A DNA stretch of 52,922 bases. It comes from Candidatus Poseidoniaceae archaeon (GTDB lineage: Archaea; Thermoplasmatota; Poseidoniia; Poseidoniales; Poseidoniaceae). Position numbers and translations under genes: made by a program. Location: NCBI GenBank assembly GCA_030750665.1, contig JASMHR010000003.1, positions 1 to 52,922 on the forward strand, given 5' to 3'. Shown piece after piece: positions 18,801-27,232 of this stretch. Under the pieces are notes generated by a model, which saw only the letters and a program-made list of their open reading frames with translations, was not told the origin of the DNA and searched no databases. The first letter of the stretch is position 1. Every line of letters begins with the position of its first letter.

Positions 18801-18948
18801 CGCTACGCTGAACCGTTGAATCCAATGTTGGGCTGGCAGCTCTAGTCATCTGATTGCGCAGAGCCGAAAGTGTCAATCCGTCGCCTGAGTGCTTCCGCTC
18901 TTCGCGGCTTCTCAGAACCGCTGTATCTCCGCTGTCGCTGACGCTCAT
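15898..18948 (-). CDS. Long coiled-coil protein with a Pro-rich disordered C-terminus
   Basis: About 550 aa of E/R/L/Q-rich helical sequence, then a Gly/Pro-rich region, TP[VI]S repeats, (R/K)GPP repeats and an acidic end. No TM helix or ATPase motif. Confidence 0.8.
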   Translation of the reverse strand: MSVSDSGDTAVLRSREERKHSGDGLTLSALRNQMTRAASPTLDSTVQRSARFREEERLRARLRRDRHLRLKAQSERISAMQEVIASELSQQHEMTLSQLERELRKEMEDELAQLEIEALGKEEKDIRERLELQLQREVDSMREQLEVEQERRLEEHRQHMRGRLEQDLSDNHQRRLTFQKERMEIEYDQALQSRIRDMESTIESELEIHFSQVEKNEVERLEEENMSLLSEREEQLRIGIRRRLENQLRERMRSRETRLRSEYERRSRRLEEEVAQQLQSDIEQDLRRETVELEDRMREDVEMAVARRRDELRLQINRDLSESYADRLASRKERLREKYDLTFGQAVESISREITEDIEGEMNRRLEEEFAAYRMAREAEIQNRLSRFRYDQENDIRENLDVKFGEEKRDWVERLETEFQSREKAAMKAIMSEIDAQMRNERLTFETDLDLIRDETTLELEVDMEDRLKEFRSSKEDQISSQLEQQLSKREEIMRNKALIEIRRKESQIRAEIESQLGIKRAEIKDRLGQLGDQMDAFRGMAESKMRESIEQKMQMEIDADSDRLTDKEKEFARLQSEEGRIAKQQSWLSAIAGQPGGAAIGGLGDPSKLGARADPLTAAAGRPTLGGLGAGTSRGPAMPELKRRPLAEQGGPMAHPIQPPLTGGPAQQAIQPVQRVVRQPLPTGPARGGAGEPMSFDPRPDTPAVAPVQAPPSAQVPHVQVPPTQRPTPVGEAIEPNVPEITSEGMVVPARSPVSPSMVPPRLPDAKPIEEEPEEVLPTPIGKEITTEVAPLIPTSTTILKPQEKAPKTVTAQLTPVSTTVLTPSTDSTLSPETTPTESTETETVKEMASITPISTQIMTPATSEEEADGEDGPSSLTPVSRVMMTPQIPIDDLIQDAEEEIPDEADDSDMDSMIESIKVPTIAGIDTKEEVADEAESSRSRRGPPPSTKGSKGPPRRTGRGPPPSGTSGRKGPPDSKRGPPPGAGRRGPPPSSRSGPPSNAGADDDEEDYSEEE

Positions 18949-19050
18949 GGGCACCCCATCCCGAACTGCATGCACATTCACCCATACTTAAGGGAGGGGG
19001 GTCGCAATCTGTTTCGCGAGGCTGATTATGCGGCGTGGAAGCCACCCCCG

Positions 19051-19947
19051 TCATTCCTCGCTGTTGAATTCTACAGCATCATCATCATTCGCTACCACCG
19101 ATGGTCCGAATACGATGTACGACATGACTAGGAGGAAGGATATCAGCAATAACGCGGAAACGAATCTATTGACATTGAGCGATGTTGTATCGCCTCCTCT
19201 TGATACGTGGATCAACATGGTCAGAGTCGCTGTCAGCAATACCGACATTTGAGTTACCGTTGTCCACATCGGCCAGCCTTTCTTCAATTTAGGCAATTTC
19301 CGGTCAGCGATCATCATGCCTCCTGCGAACAACATGAATGGAAGAATCAGCCAATCATAGTATGGTTTTTCTCCACCCTTTCCAAAGCATATTGGGTCGC
19401 ATTCCCAGGTTGACAACCCAGGACCTATTCCAGTTGCAGGTTGTGTCCAAATGAATAATGCCAGCGACATCAGAAACATCGAGGATGCGGGGGAGGAAAG
19501 TCCTGAGAAGTATGGAACATAACCGCCTTCTTCATGAGCGAATCTCGCCAATCGAAGCATACCTGTGGCGATGACCCAACAACAGGCGATTCCAAGCAAT
19601 ATAGTCCAGAACGGAGTTGCAGACCCCAGCCGGCCGAACATGACGAATATCATCAGGGCAGGTGCTACACAGAATGCCAAACAATCAGACATGATGTCTA
19701 GGTTGCCACCTAGAATTCTAATCTTTGAGTATCTGCGTGCGATTGGACCATCGATGACATCACCAATAACAGAGAGTATGATGCAGAGTACTGCAGCCCA
19801 GATGAAGGTATCATTCATCCCTCCACCAATCGGATCAGACAGCCCATCAACAGCAAGGATCAACATCAGAACAGCGACTGCTCCAAGCAGACCATTCGCC
19901 AGTGTGATATAATCGGCGATTCCCATCATCCGGTAGGTTGTTTTCAT
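19051..19947 (-). CDS. CDP-alcohol phosphatidyltransferase (archaetidylserine synthase/PssA-like)
   Basis: ADYITLAN, DVIDGPIAR...GGNLDIMSD and LRLARF. Multiple TM helices. Confidence 0.85.
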   Translation of the reverse strand: MKTTYRMMGIADYITLANGLLGAVAVLMLILAVDGLSDPIGGGMNDTFIWAAVLCIILSVIGDVIDGPIARRYSKIRILGGNLDIMSDCLAFCVAPALMIFVMFGRLGSATPFWTILLGIACCWVIATGMLRLARFAHEEGGYVPYFSGLSSPASSMFLMSLALFIWTQPATGIGPGLSTWECDPICFGKGGEKPYYDWLILPFMLFAGGMMIADRKLPKLKKGWPMWTTVTQMSVLLTATLTMLIHVSRGGDTTSLNVNRFVSALLLISFLLVMSYIVFGPSVVANDDDAVEFNSEE

Positions 19948-20037
19948 TGGAATCAGTTCGGTCGGGAGGCAAGCACTCTTTCAACAAATCCCCGTCGAAC
20001 GTGGAGAAAGACTATTCTTGAGAGCAACAATACATTC

Positions 20038-20472
20038 TCAGCCGGTCATCTCAAAGCCAGTATCACAGGCTGGACAGGTGACATTTCGAGTCCCTGGTCT
20101 TGTACGCAATCTCAATCGGCGTTCGCAGCCCGGGCATTGAATTTCGGACTTGGGGACGTTTGCTTTCACTTCAAAGTCACATAGACAGGAACCGCAGCGG
20201 ACATTTGCAGGTCTCTCGCCAATACCAACAACGAGTAGTTTGTTGCATTTTGGACAGCCGAGTTTTTCATCTTCCCAATCTCTTCGAGTAACTTCGTGGT
20301 CAATCTTCATCCTTGCTCCGCAGAGAACACATGATAACTCACCCAAGGCGCTTGGAAGCAACCCGTCGCACTTGGGACAGGATAATGGCGGAGGTGCAAT
20401 CCTTGATTCGACGCTCCAAGGCCCCTCTTCAGTATCTTCATCTTCAGAATCTGCCTCGGTCTTTTCTGACAT
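20038..20472 (-). CDS. Triple zinc-ribbon protein
   Basis: Six CxxC motifs: CPKC/CVLC, CPKC/CGSC, CPGC/CPAC. Confidence 0.75.
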   Translation of the reverse strand: MSEKTEADSEDEDTEEGPWSVESRIAPPPLSCPKCDGLLPSALGELSCVLCGARMKIDHEVTRRDWEDEKLGCPKCNKLLVVGIGERPANVRCGSCLCDFEVKANVPKSEIQCPGCERRLRLRTRPGTRNVTCPACDTGFEMTG

Positions 20473-20487
20473 CCTTAATCCTCCAAT

Positions 20488-21021
20488 TCACCTGGGTTTG
20501 GAGATCAATGCAACCGCTGAAGGAATGAAAGTGAAGGGTATATCGAAATCCAGTCCATTTTCTGTTGCTACTCTCTCGATGGTCTTCTTGGCAGTTATGG
20601 AATCGGTTGCGTTTCCGGATAGGTTGACCATTTTTATCTGGGCACCGCGTTCCAGCAGTTCTCTTACTTCTGGGTCAAGATTCTCTACCCAAGATGGCAA
20701 ACCGCCTCCTGAAATGGGGGCTGATGGAGTCTGATCATTGCTGCTGGAACTTACTTTCTGGATACATTTCCACCAACGAGAACGTCCGACATCACGGTGA
20801 TTCTCAATCAGTCCGATATTACTCAAATGTTTGAGATGATGATAGAGATGGTATCTCTCAATGCCTACTGCTTTACACAGTTGGACAGTTGACATTTCAT
20901 CAGAGTCAGCCAGTTGTTGGTAGAGTGCGTGTCGAGTAGGATGTGCAAGTGCTAGCCGGATGGGGTCGCCCCGAATCTTTGCCATACTCCATCCCCGTGT
21001 CTCCCAAGCCGGCTCAGCCAT
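20488..21021 (-). CDS. ArsR-like winged-helix transcription regulator
   Basis: ALAHPTRHALYQQL...LYHHLKHLSNIGLIE. Confidence 0.78.
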   Translation of the reverse strand: MAEPAWETRGWSMAKIRGDPIRLALAHPTRHALYQQLADSDEMSTVQLCKAVGIERYHLYHHLKHLSNIGLIENHRDVGRSRWWKCIQKVSSSSNDQTPSAPISGGGLPSWVENLDPEVRELLERGAQIKMVNLSGNATDSITAKKTIERVATENGLDFDIPFTFIPSAVALISKPR

Positions 21022-21050
21022 ATTTCAAAGCGTCGCAAGATGGCCTTGTT

Positions 21051-23735
21051 TCATGACCTCAAGCCACGCCTTGCCATCAGGGATTGGAAAGCCTCTCGAG
21101 TATCGTTCCATAGATCCTTGAACAGGTCCATCAACATTGCAAGGATTCCCTTTTCACCAGACAATCTTGCACCGTTGAGGATGACTAGGATAGCTGAAGC
21201 CTCATGAGCCAGAACTCCAATCCATAGTTGGTCATTGTACTCCGATACTACTGACCAGACAAGCAAGATAGTGATGGAGACAGAAATCAGAATATTTTGA
21301 GTGACTACGGTTCTGGTTCTTCGTGCCAATCGAATTAATTTACTGATCAGACGAGGGTCGTCTCCCGGAACCAATACATCTGCGGCATCAAGGTTAACCT
21401 GTTCACCGCTACCTATTGCTACTCCAACGTCAGAATTAGCCAGAGCTGCGGCGTCATTGAAACCATCTCCAGCCATCATGGTTACATGCGTTTTCGCTCT
21501 TGCTTCCACCCAATTCGCCTTGTCATTAGGGTCGAGGTCTCCTCTACAGGCAGCAGCGGGAATACCAACTCGCGGTCCAAATGCCTCAACGGCAGTACTG
21601 AGGTCACCTGACAATACTTCGACATTCACTTTCTGTTGATGCAATTCCTGTATCATTGCATCAGCCCCCTCTCGAATATCATCATGAACGAAGACGAACA
21701 GTGCAACGGCTTTGCCCGAACTGCTCAACAAAGAAGTGCCATGCCCTTCTTCCTTGGCTTCTTCCAGTGCTTTGTTGATATCCGAAGGTATGTCCACTCC
21801 TTCAGAAAGCAGCCAGTCAGGTCGTCCGAACATGACCTTGGTGTTTCCACGTTTACCAGTGACTCCAGCCTTTCCATCGTTGTGCTCCTTGACCTTGGTA
21901 GCTTCATATCCTTTTTCGGCAACCTGTGATTTGATGACTTCAGCATAGGGATGTGATGAACGGGCTTCCAATCCAGCAGCCAGTTTCATTGCCGCAGCCT
22001 CTTGTTTGCCCTTGGCCATCACCACTCTGTCCAGTCTTGGTCTTCCAGAGGTCAATGTTCCTGTCTTATCCAATAATGCTAGATTGACCCTACCTAGGCG
22101 TTCAATGACGTCTCCGCCGCGAGCGATGGCTCCAGAATGAGCGGCGTTGGCCAAAGAAGCGGCGTGAGGAATGGGTGCAGCTAGAAGCAGGGCGCAGGGA
22201 CAAGCAACTACCCATAACAGCAGCATCATCTTCCAGTTGGAAGCCTCACCAGAAAGGAACCAGGCCAGCGGCGCACCAATGAGAACCAAAGGAATCCAAA
22301 TCGCTGTGAATACCTCGACAGTACTCTGTAGGCGCGGGGGTTTTTCTCTGAATGAATGAACATCTTCAATCAAGCCACTGAGTCTTGTGTTCTCTCCAGT
22401 GGCAGTGGTGCTGATGATCAATGGCCCCTGTCTTAACACTAGACCTGCCAACACTTCATCGCCTTCTTCCACTCTGACGGGAATTGACTCTCCAGTCAAC
22501 GGTGCTCTATCTATTGAACCAGTCCCCTCCACTACTTCTCCATCAACAGGGATGACTTCGCCGCTGCGAACCTCGACACGGTCTCCAGCGGCCAGTAAAG
22601 AGACAGGCATCTCCTCGATATCACAGAGAGGTTCTGCCACTTGAACGGGTACACCTTGTGCTATGGATGATGATTCGGGGTCTGCAACGTCCACAGTTGC
22701 CATGTTCAATCGTATTCCAGATGCCTTTGGCTTCTCTTGAACCACTCTTGCTTTACGGGGAAGACGGTCCAATCCACCCTGCATCGCTTTACGCGCTCGC
22801 ATGAGAGCAGAGCCTTCCATATGTGAGGTGAATGCAACCAGAATTACAACCAAGAGAGCCTCGCTCCAAGCCTGTAATACCGCTGCCCCTAAGACCGCTA
22901 ATGTTGTCAATATCTGGAAACCAAGTTGCCTTGACCTGAGGCTGGCTATCGCCTCAGTGAACATTCTGAAACCTCCGATGAGAATACCAGCGATACCGAT
23001 GCTCATTATCAGCCACATCGGCCCACTCAGTATCTCCAATGTCAGGACTGCAGCAAATGCAGGTACTGCTACTGCTCCACCGAGCAGGCGAATCTGGTCA
23101 GGGCGCAGCCGATTGGAAACAGCAGGGCGAAGTTGGACTTCATGTCCGATGAGATTGCTCAATGCCAAGTCGCGAGCCTCGACAATCGAAATGCTGGAGT
23201 CCTCAGATACTTGGACCAGAATTCCACCATCATCATCCGACTGGACATCCAGAATACCGGATTGCCTCTTAATCAATTTCAATAGTCCTCTAGAATCAAT
23301 ATCTAAGCGCTTACTCAGACGGTCACTCTTCACTCCGCCCAACTGATACCATTGCAAATCTGGAGCATGTCCAAGACTTGACAATACACCATTGGCTTCA
23401 GAAAGTGTTCCCTTGGATAGGTCAACCACCAATCTGACACTGCCTTCGGCCACTGAAACATTGCAATCAGTGACCACATCCAGACGATTCAGGGCCTTTG
23501 TCGCCTTGAACGCACAATCAGGGCAGTCCATTCCAGTAAGTGGCCAGGCTACTGAGTGTTCACCACTCACCACAAGGTCGACGAGAACCTCATCGATTGG
23601 AGTCGTATCTATTTCAGGTTCAATGATGGCTTCAACCACTTCCTCCACTTGTATATCTTCAATCTTTTGAGTTTGAGAGGAACCTGAAAGGTCGTCGAGG
23701 AAAAGAAAATCCTCACCACCATCTCCCCCTACCAT
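21051..23735 (-). CDS. Heavy-metal P1B-type ATPase
   Basis: HMA motif GMDCPDC, LTGES, ACPCAL, DKTGTLT, SHP and GDGFNDAAAL. Start chosen at ATG 23735. Confidence 0.93.
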   Translation of the reverse strand: MVGGDGGEDFLFLDDLSGSSQTQKIEDIQVEEVVEAIIEPEIDTTPIDEVLVDLVVSGEHSVAWPLTGMDCPDCAFKATKALNRLDVVTDCNVSVAEGSVRLVVDLSKGTLSEANGVLSSLGHAPDLQWYQLGGVKSDRLSKRLDIDSRGLLKLIKRQSGILDVQSDDDGGILVQVSEDSSISIVEARDLALSNLIGHEVQLRPAVSNRLRPDQIRLLGGAVAVPAFAAVLTLEILSGPMWLIMSIGIAGILIGGFRMFTEAIASLRSRQLGFQILTTLAVLGAAVLQAWSEALLVVILVAFTSHMEGSALMRARKAMQGGLDRLPRKARVVQEKPKASGIRLNMATVDVADPESSSIAQGVPVQVAEPLCDIEEMPVSLLAAGDRVEVRSGEVIPVDGEVVEGTGSIDRAPLTGESIPVRVEEGDEVLAGLVLRQGPLIISTTATGENTRLSGLIEDVHSFREKPPRLQSTVEVFTAIWIPLVLIGAPLAWFLSGEASNWKMMLLLWVVACPCALLLAAPIPHAASLANAAHSGAIARGGDVIERLGRVNLALLDKTGTLTSGRPRLDRVVMAKGKQEAAAMKLAAGLEARSSHPYAEVIKSQVAEKGYEATKVKEHNDGKAGVTGKRGNTKVMFGRPDWLLSEGVDIPSDINKALEEAKEEGHGTSLLSSSGKAVALFVFVHDDIREGADAMIQELHQQKVNVEVLSGDLSTAVEAFGPRVGIPAAACRGDLDPNDKANWVEARAKTHVTMMAGDGFNDAAALANSDVGVAIGSGEQVNLDAADVLVPGDDPRLISKLIRLARRTRTVVTQNILISVSITILLVWSVVSEYNDQLWIGVLAHEASAILVILNGARLSGEKGILAMLMDLFKDLWNDTREAFQSLMARRGLRS

Positions 23736-23817
23736 GATGAGCGACGAGATGCCCTTCGTCAAGAACCCAACGCTACTTCAGCGTTACAATCAAGCGCTAA
23801 ACCTCCGTGGTGCAGCC

Positions 23818-24531
23818 ATGGGACTATTGCCATCAGAGCATGATCTCAGAATGCTTGTCATCGATATTGATGGAACTCTTACCGATGAGAACAAGTTGTT
23901 GCATACAGGTGCCGTTGAAGCGCTGCGAAAACTTGAGCAGGCAGGAATTCCAGTTGGTCTGGCGACCGGAAATGTCAGACCAATCACCTGGGGATTGTGG
24001 CGATTTCTTGGAATCACTGGTCCGATGATATGTGAAACAGGTGGAGTGATTTGGGAACCTCAACATGAGCAATTACTACACATGGCAGATGGAGCCCGTT
24101 CAAGGGCTGCTGCAGAGTGGTTGTCTACTCAGATAGATGGACTTGATGCATCAGGAATCGAATCCAATGCTTGGAGAGAGAGCGAGTGGTGCCTCAAGGT
24201 GCAAGAAGACGATGAACGAATTAGAGAATTGTTGAGCAACTCAGAATGGCCCGACCTCAAAGTGGTCAGGACAGGATTCGCCATTCATCTGGCAGAGCCA
24301 CAGGTCAACAAGGGCAATGGTCTGTTGAAATCACTCGAGATTCGAGGTATTTCTCCACAACAGGTCTGTGTTGTTGGCGATGCTCCGAACGACGACCCCT
24401 TGTTCGAGGTCGCAGGCTGGTCAATAGCAGTAGGGGGGGCGTTTGAATCCACAGCGGAATTGGCCGATGTGAAATCTCCATACTTCAGGGCCGATACTTT
24501 CCCACATCTTGTCAATGAATGGCTGGCTTGA
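23818..24531 (+). CDS. HAD hydrolase, archaeal phosphoglycolate phosphatase-like (Cof type)
   Basis: IDIDGTLTD, LATGN, VNKG and VGDAPND. Start chosen at ATG 23818. Confidence 0.85.
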   Translation: MGLLPSEHDLRMLVIDIDGTLTDENKLLHTGAVEALRKLEQAGIPVGLATGNVRPITWGLWRFLGITGPMICETGGVIWEPQHEQLLHMADGARSRAAAEWLSTQIDGLDASGIESNAWRESEWCLKVQEDDERIRELLSNSEWPDLKVVRTGFAIHLAEPQVNKGNGLLKSLEIRGISPQQVCVVGDAPNDDPLFEVAGWSIAVGGAFESTAELADVKSPYFRADTFPHLVNEWLA

Positions 24532-24601
24532 AGTGACGAGTAATAGAAAAGACAAGCATCCTGAGTATCGGTTTTATGTCTATGATTCAAGTCGTAAGGT
24601 C

Positions 24602-25195
24602 ATGGAGCGAGTGTCTATTCTCTCAGCACTCATTATTTCCCTTATTGTTCTAGTATCTGGATGCATTACAAAAGAATCTGATTTAGAACAGAAATCGACA
24701 TTATCGGAACCCTGTCCAGATGACCAGCCCCCTGAATGGTTCATTGGATGTTCTATGCCATCTTTTTCATTACTGGATGATTCCAATATCTCTCACAATG
24801 AATCGTCCACAAATGGTAGCGGAAGATGGGTAGCATATTTCTCTGCGACATGGTGTGGCCACTGTAAGCCTACAATCATGGCATTGAATGAAGGAATCGC
24901 CTCGGGACACATGTTGGTGTTCAACAAGGATGCTAGAGATGAATATTCGAATATGAGTGCTTGGAAAGAGTTGATGGAAAATGAGACTAATCAGACCTTT
25001 AATCGCCCTTTCATTCACGCTCCAGGATTGGCTGAGAACCTCACAGTTTCTTCTATCCCACATATCGTGCTCATCGACAACAACACCATCATTTCAGTCA
25101 GGCGTGGGCTTTGGGACGATTCAGAATCAATAACCACCTGGTTCTATTCAGAATCTCCAGCCTCCGGACTCTCCCAGCAGATAGAAAATCCCTGA
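24602..25195 (+). CDS. Thioredoxin-fold lipoprotein
   Basis: Lipobox-like LVSGC after a hydrophobic stretch, FSATWCGHC active site, and the cis-Pro motif SIPH. Confidence 0.8.
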   Translation: MERVSILSALIISLIVLVSGCITKESDLEQKSTLSEPCPDDQPPEWFIGCSMPSFSLLDDSNISHNESSTNGSGRWVAYFSATWCGHCKPTIMALNEGIASGHMLVFNKDARDEYSNMSAWKELMENETNQTFNRPFIHAPGLAENLTVSSIPHIVLIDNNTIISVRRGLWDDSESITTWFYSESPASGLSQQIENP

Positions 25196-25251
25196 TGCTC
25201 TTATATTAGGCAGGAGTAAGTTGATTTGGAGTATATATCCCACATACACAT

Positions 25252-25395
25252 GTGTTGGAACTTACCGATGCTTTAGGTGATGCTATCGATGAGATGGAAG
25301 CAGAACTCAAGAAGCGCTGGTGGTGGAGGGTTCTCTGGCCAACCTTGCTGTATGGTCCATTAATCTTGATTGGGATATACCTCTATCGAATGTGA
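25252..25395 (+). CDS. Small single-TM protein (47 aa, not in the ORF track)
   Basis: GTG start; MLELTDALGDAIDEMEAELKKRWWWRVLWPTLLYGPLILIGIYLYRM. TATA-like GTATATAT at 25231. Confidence 0.5.
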   Translation: MLELTDALGDAIDEMEAELKKRWWWRVLWPTLLYGPLILIGIYLYRM

Positions 25396-25525
25396 CCAAA
25401 GAGTACGGACGCGACAGGCATCTCACGCGGGGGTGTTGGATGGGCCCCCTTGCGAATACAGGGTATCTATTTGTGCTCAAGTATGCACAACTCAGGATTT
25501 GACTTGTGCTTGAGAAAATTGCTAC

Positions 25526-26512
25526 TCACTCTGCGCCATATGAACGGAAGTAGTTGCAATCTTCTGTTTTCCGACTCTTGCCACCAGCATCGGTTGGAAA
25601 ACGTCCATCCAATCGCGCTCTGATATGCCCAGATAGCACCTTTGTTGCTAGCATGGCAGCGGTGAATTCAGTAAGTGGACCATCCTTTCCAGGGACTATC
25701 TCATTGACATCGGCTGAAATTACCTGCGCCTTTGAATTTGAGAACAGAGCATCGATTGTTTCCACAGCATGCCACATGGAAAGACCACCAGGTACGGGAG
25801 TTCCAGTGTCGGGTACCAATGAGCCGTCCATGCCGTCGATATCGATGCTTAGGTGTACGCAACCTTCAACCGATTCAAGTGCTGACAACCACTCAAGCCA
25901 TGCGCCTTGTCCAGCACAAGGACTCAAGATATCGCTGGCGAACCATGTGGAGATCCGTTCGTCGGAATCAATCCTTTCCGCCTCCTCACGAGAAAATGCA
26001 CGTACTCCAACCTGCATCAAACGTCCAATTCCCATATCCAAGGCTCTGGCTGCAGCACAAGCGTGCGACCATTTCTCTCCATCAAGTTCCTGTCTCAGAT
26101 CAGCATGAGCATCTATCTGCACCACGGTCAATTCTTCCAGTGGTGACGGCACTGCTGCCAGTATTGGAGGGAGTATTCCATGCTCTCCACCAAGGATGAT
26201 GGGAAAGCAATTCCCTGTGAACCAAGGTCGTAGATGAGCAGTCATGTTGTCCAGTTGTTCTAGCAATGTGTCTCCTTCTCCATCCCACGGTTCTGCGGTA
26301 TGTATCGATGCTCCAGCTGGGATATCTAAAGGAAGCGATGGGTCATACAATTCCACCTGTGTAGAAGCACGAATGCAGGCAGAGGGGCCCTGAGCGGTTC
26401 CTTGGCCATAGGAAGTCGTCAGTTCATAGGGGAGTGAAATCACGACGACATCGACATCGTCGCCTTTTTCAGGGAGGCCGAGGAAGTTACCCTCAACATG
26501 GTCGGGTTCCAT
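25526..26512 (-). CDS. speB: Agmatinase (ureohydrolase family)
   Basis: PYELTTSYGQGTAQGP, LGGEH, IDAHADLR and SIDIDGMD..VPDTGTPVPGG. Confidence 0.88.
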   Translation of the reverse strand: MEPDHVEGNFLGLPEKGDDVDVVVISLPYELTTSYGQGTAQGPSACIRASTQVELYDPSLPLDIPAGASIHTAEPWDGEGDTLLEQLDNMTAHLRPWFTGNCFPIILGGEHGILPPILAAVPSPLEELTVVQIDAHADLRQELDGEKWSHACAAARALDMGIGRLMQVGVRAFSREEAERIDSDERISTWFASDILSPCAGQGAWLEWLSALESVEGCVHLSIDIDGMDGSLVPDTGTPVPGGLSMWHAVETIDALFSNSKAQVISADVNEIVPGKDGPLTEFTAAMLATKVLSGHIRARLDGRFPTDAGGKSRKTEDCNYFRSYGAE

Positions 26513-26678
26513 CAGACTGACGCGGAGTTGTGTAGAATTAAGCCCTTTCAGAGTGTAAAACTCCGAAAAGAGTGTTAATTGTGCGGATTATTCATATAGC
26601 ACCGTGTACAGAATAAACTACTGCGCAGCAATAGCCGATTGGTCGGACCTTAGAGCCGGCGCACCACGAGGGAAAAAG

Positions 26679-27101
26679 ATGGGAATGTCTCTACATGAAC
26701 TCACAGAAGCGATTAGACAACACATTGATTCGGATATGGAAGCGGATGTTGCTTCGGGCATGGCAGAGCATGCTCTAGGCTTCTTTGGCTTCTACGAGAG
26801 GATTATTGATAATGCTCTTGAACCAACTGATCGAAACCTGTTCTACATGTTCCAGGATTATGATTTGCTGACTACTGAGTCTGAAGAGACAACATTGTGG
26901 GATGGGCGTGAATGGCGTATTCATTATTGGCGTTTCAAGCCAGAATTACGTGACAAAGTACTCTCATACATGGACAGTACCAAGGAAGTGGCTGAAATCG
27001 ATCCGTTCTCCGACATCTATGGCGAGATTGGGGAGATGGTATGGAACCGAGATGATGACATGCCTGCCAACCCAAATGCCTTCACCAATGATAGATGGTG
27101 A
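26679..27101 (+). CDS. Conserved hypothetical protein (DUF6015-like, recalled from memory)
   Basis: FFGFYERIIDNALEPTDRNLFY and EETTLWDGREWRIHYW match a Thermoplasmatota family as I recall it. Start chosen at ATG 26679. Confidence 0.6.
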   Translation: MGMSLHELTEAIRQHIDSDMEADVASGMAEHALGFFGFYERIIDNALEPTDRNLFYMFQDYDLLTTESEETTLWDGREWRIHYWRFKPELRDKVLSYMDSTKEVAEIDPFSDIYGEIGEMVWNRDDDMPANPNAFTNDRW

Positions 27102-27232
27102 TTATCACATAGAATCACGGTTTTCATTTACTGAACTCAGGAGATTCACAGACTTCATTCACCTGACTAAGCCAGTTGAAGTCTTAACGAGAAACCGAAC
27201 CTGTTGAATAGGTCGCTTCCATGTCAATATAC

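Noticed and set aside
15898-18948. SMC/Rad50 assignment for the coiled-coil protein
   Set aside because: No Walker A/B, signature motif, hinge or zinc hook.
23734-23817. Overlapping head-to-head starts of the P-type ATPase and the HAD phosphatase
   Set aside because: Internal ATGs at 23735 (-) and 23818 (+) remove the overlap and leave a normal divergent gap.
25320-25502. 60-aa ORF from the track
   Set aside because: No protein-like pattern. It overlaps a more plausible 47-aa TM ORF in another frame.
25470-25515. GCACAA/TTGTGC inverted repeats
   Set aside because: Short. Probably an ordinary terminator region between convergent genes.
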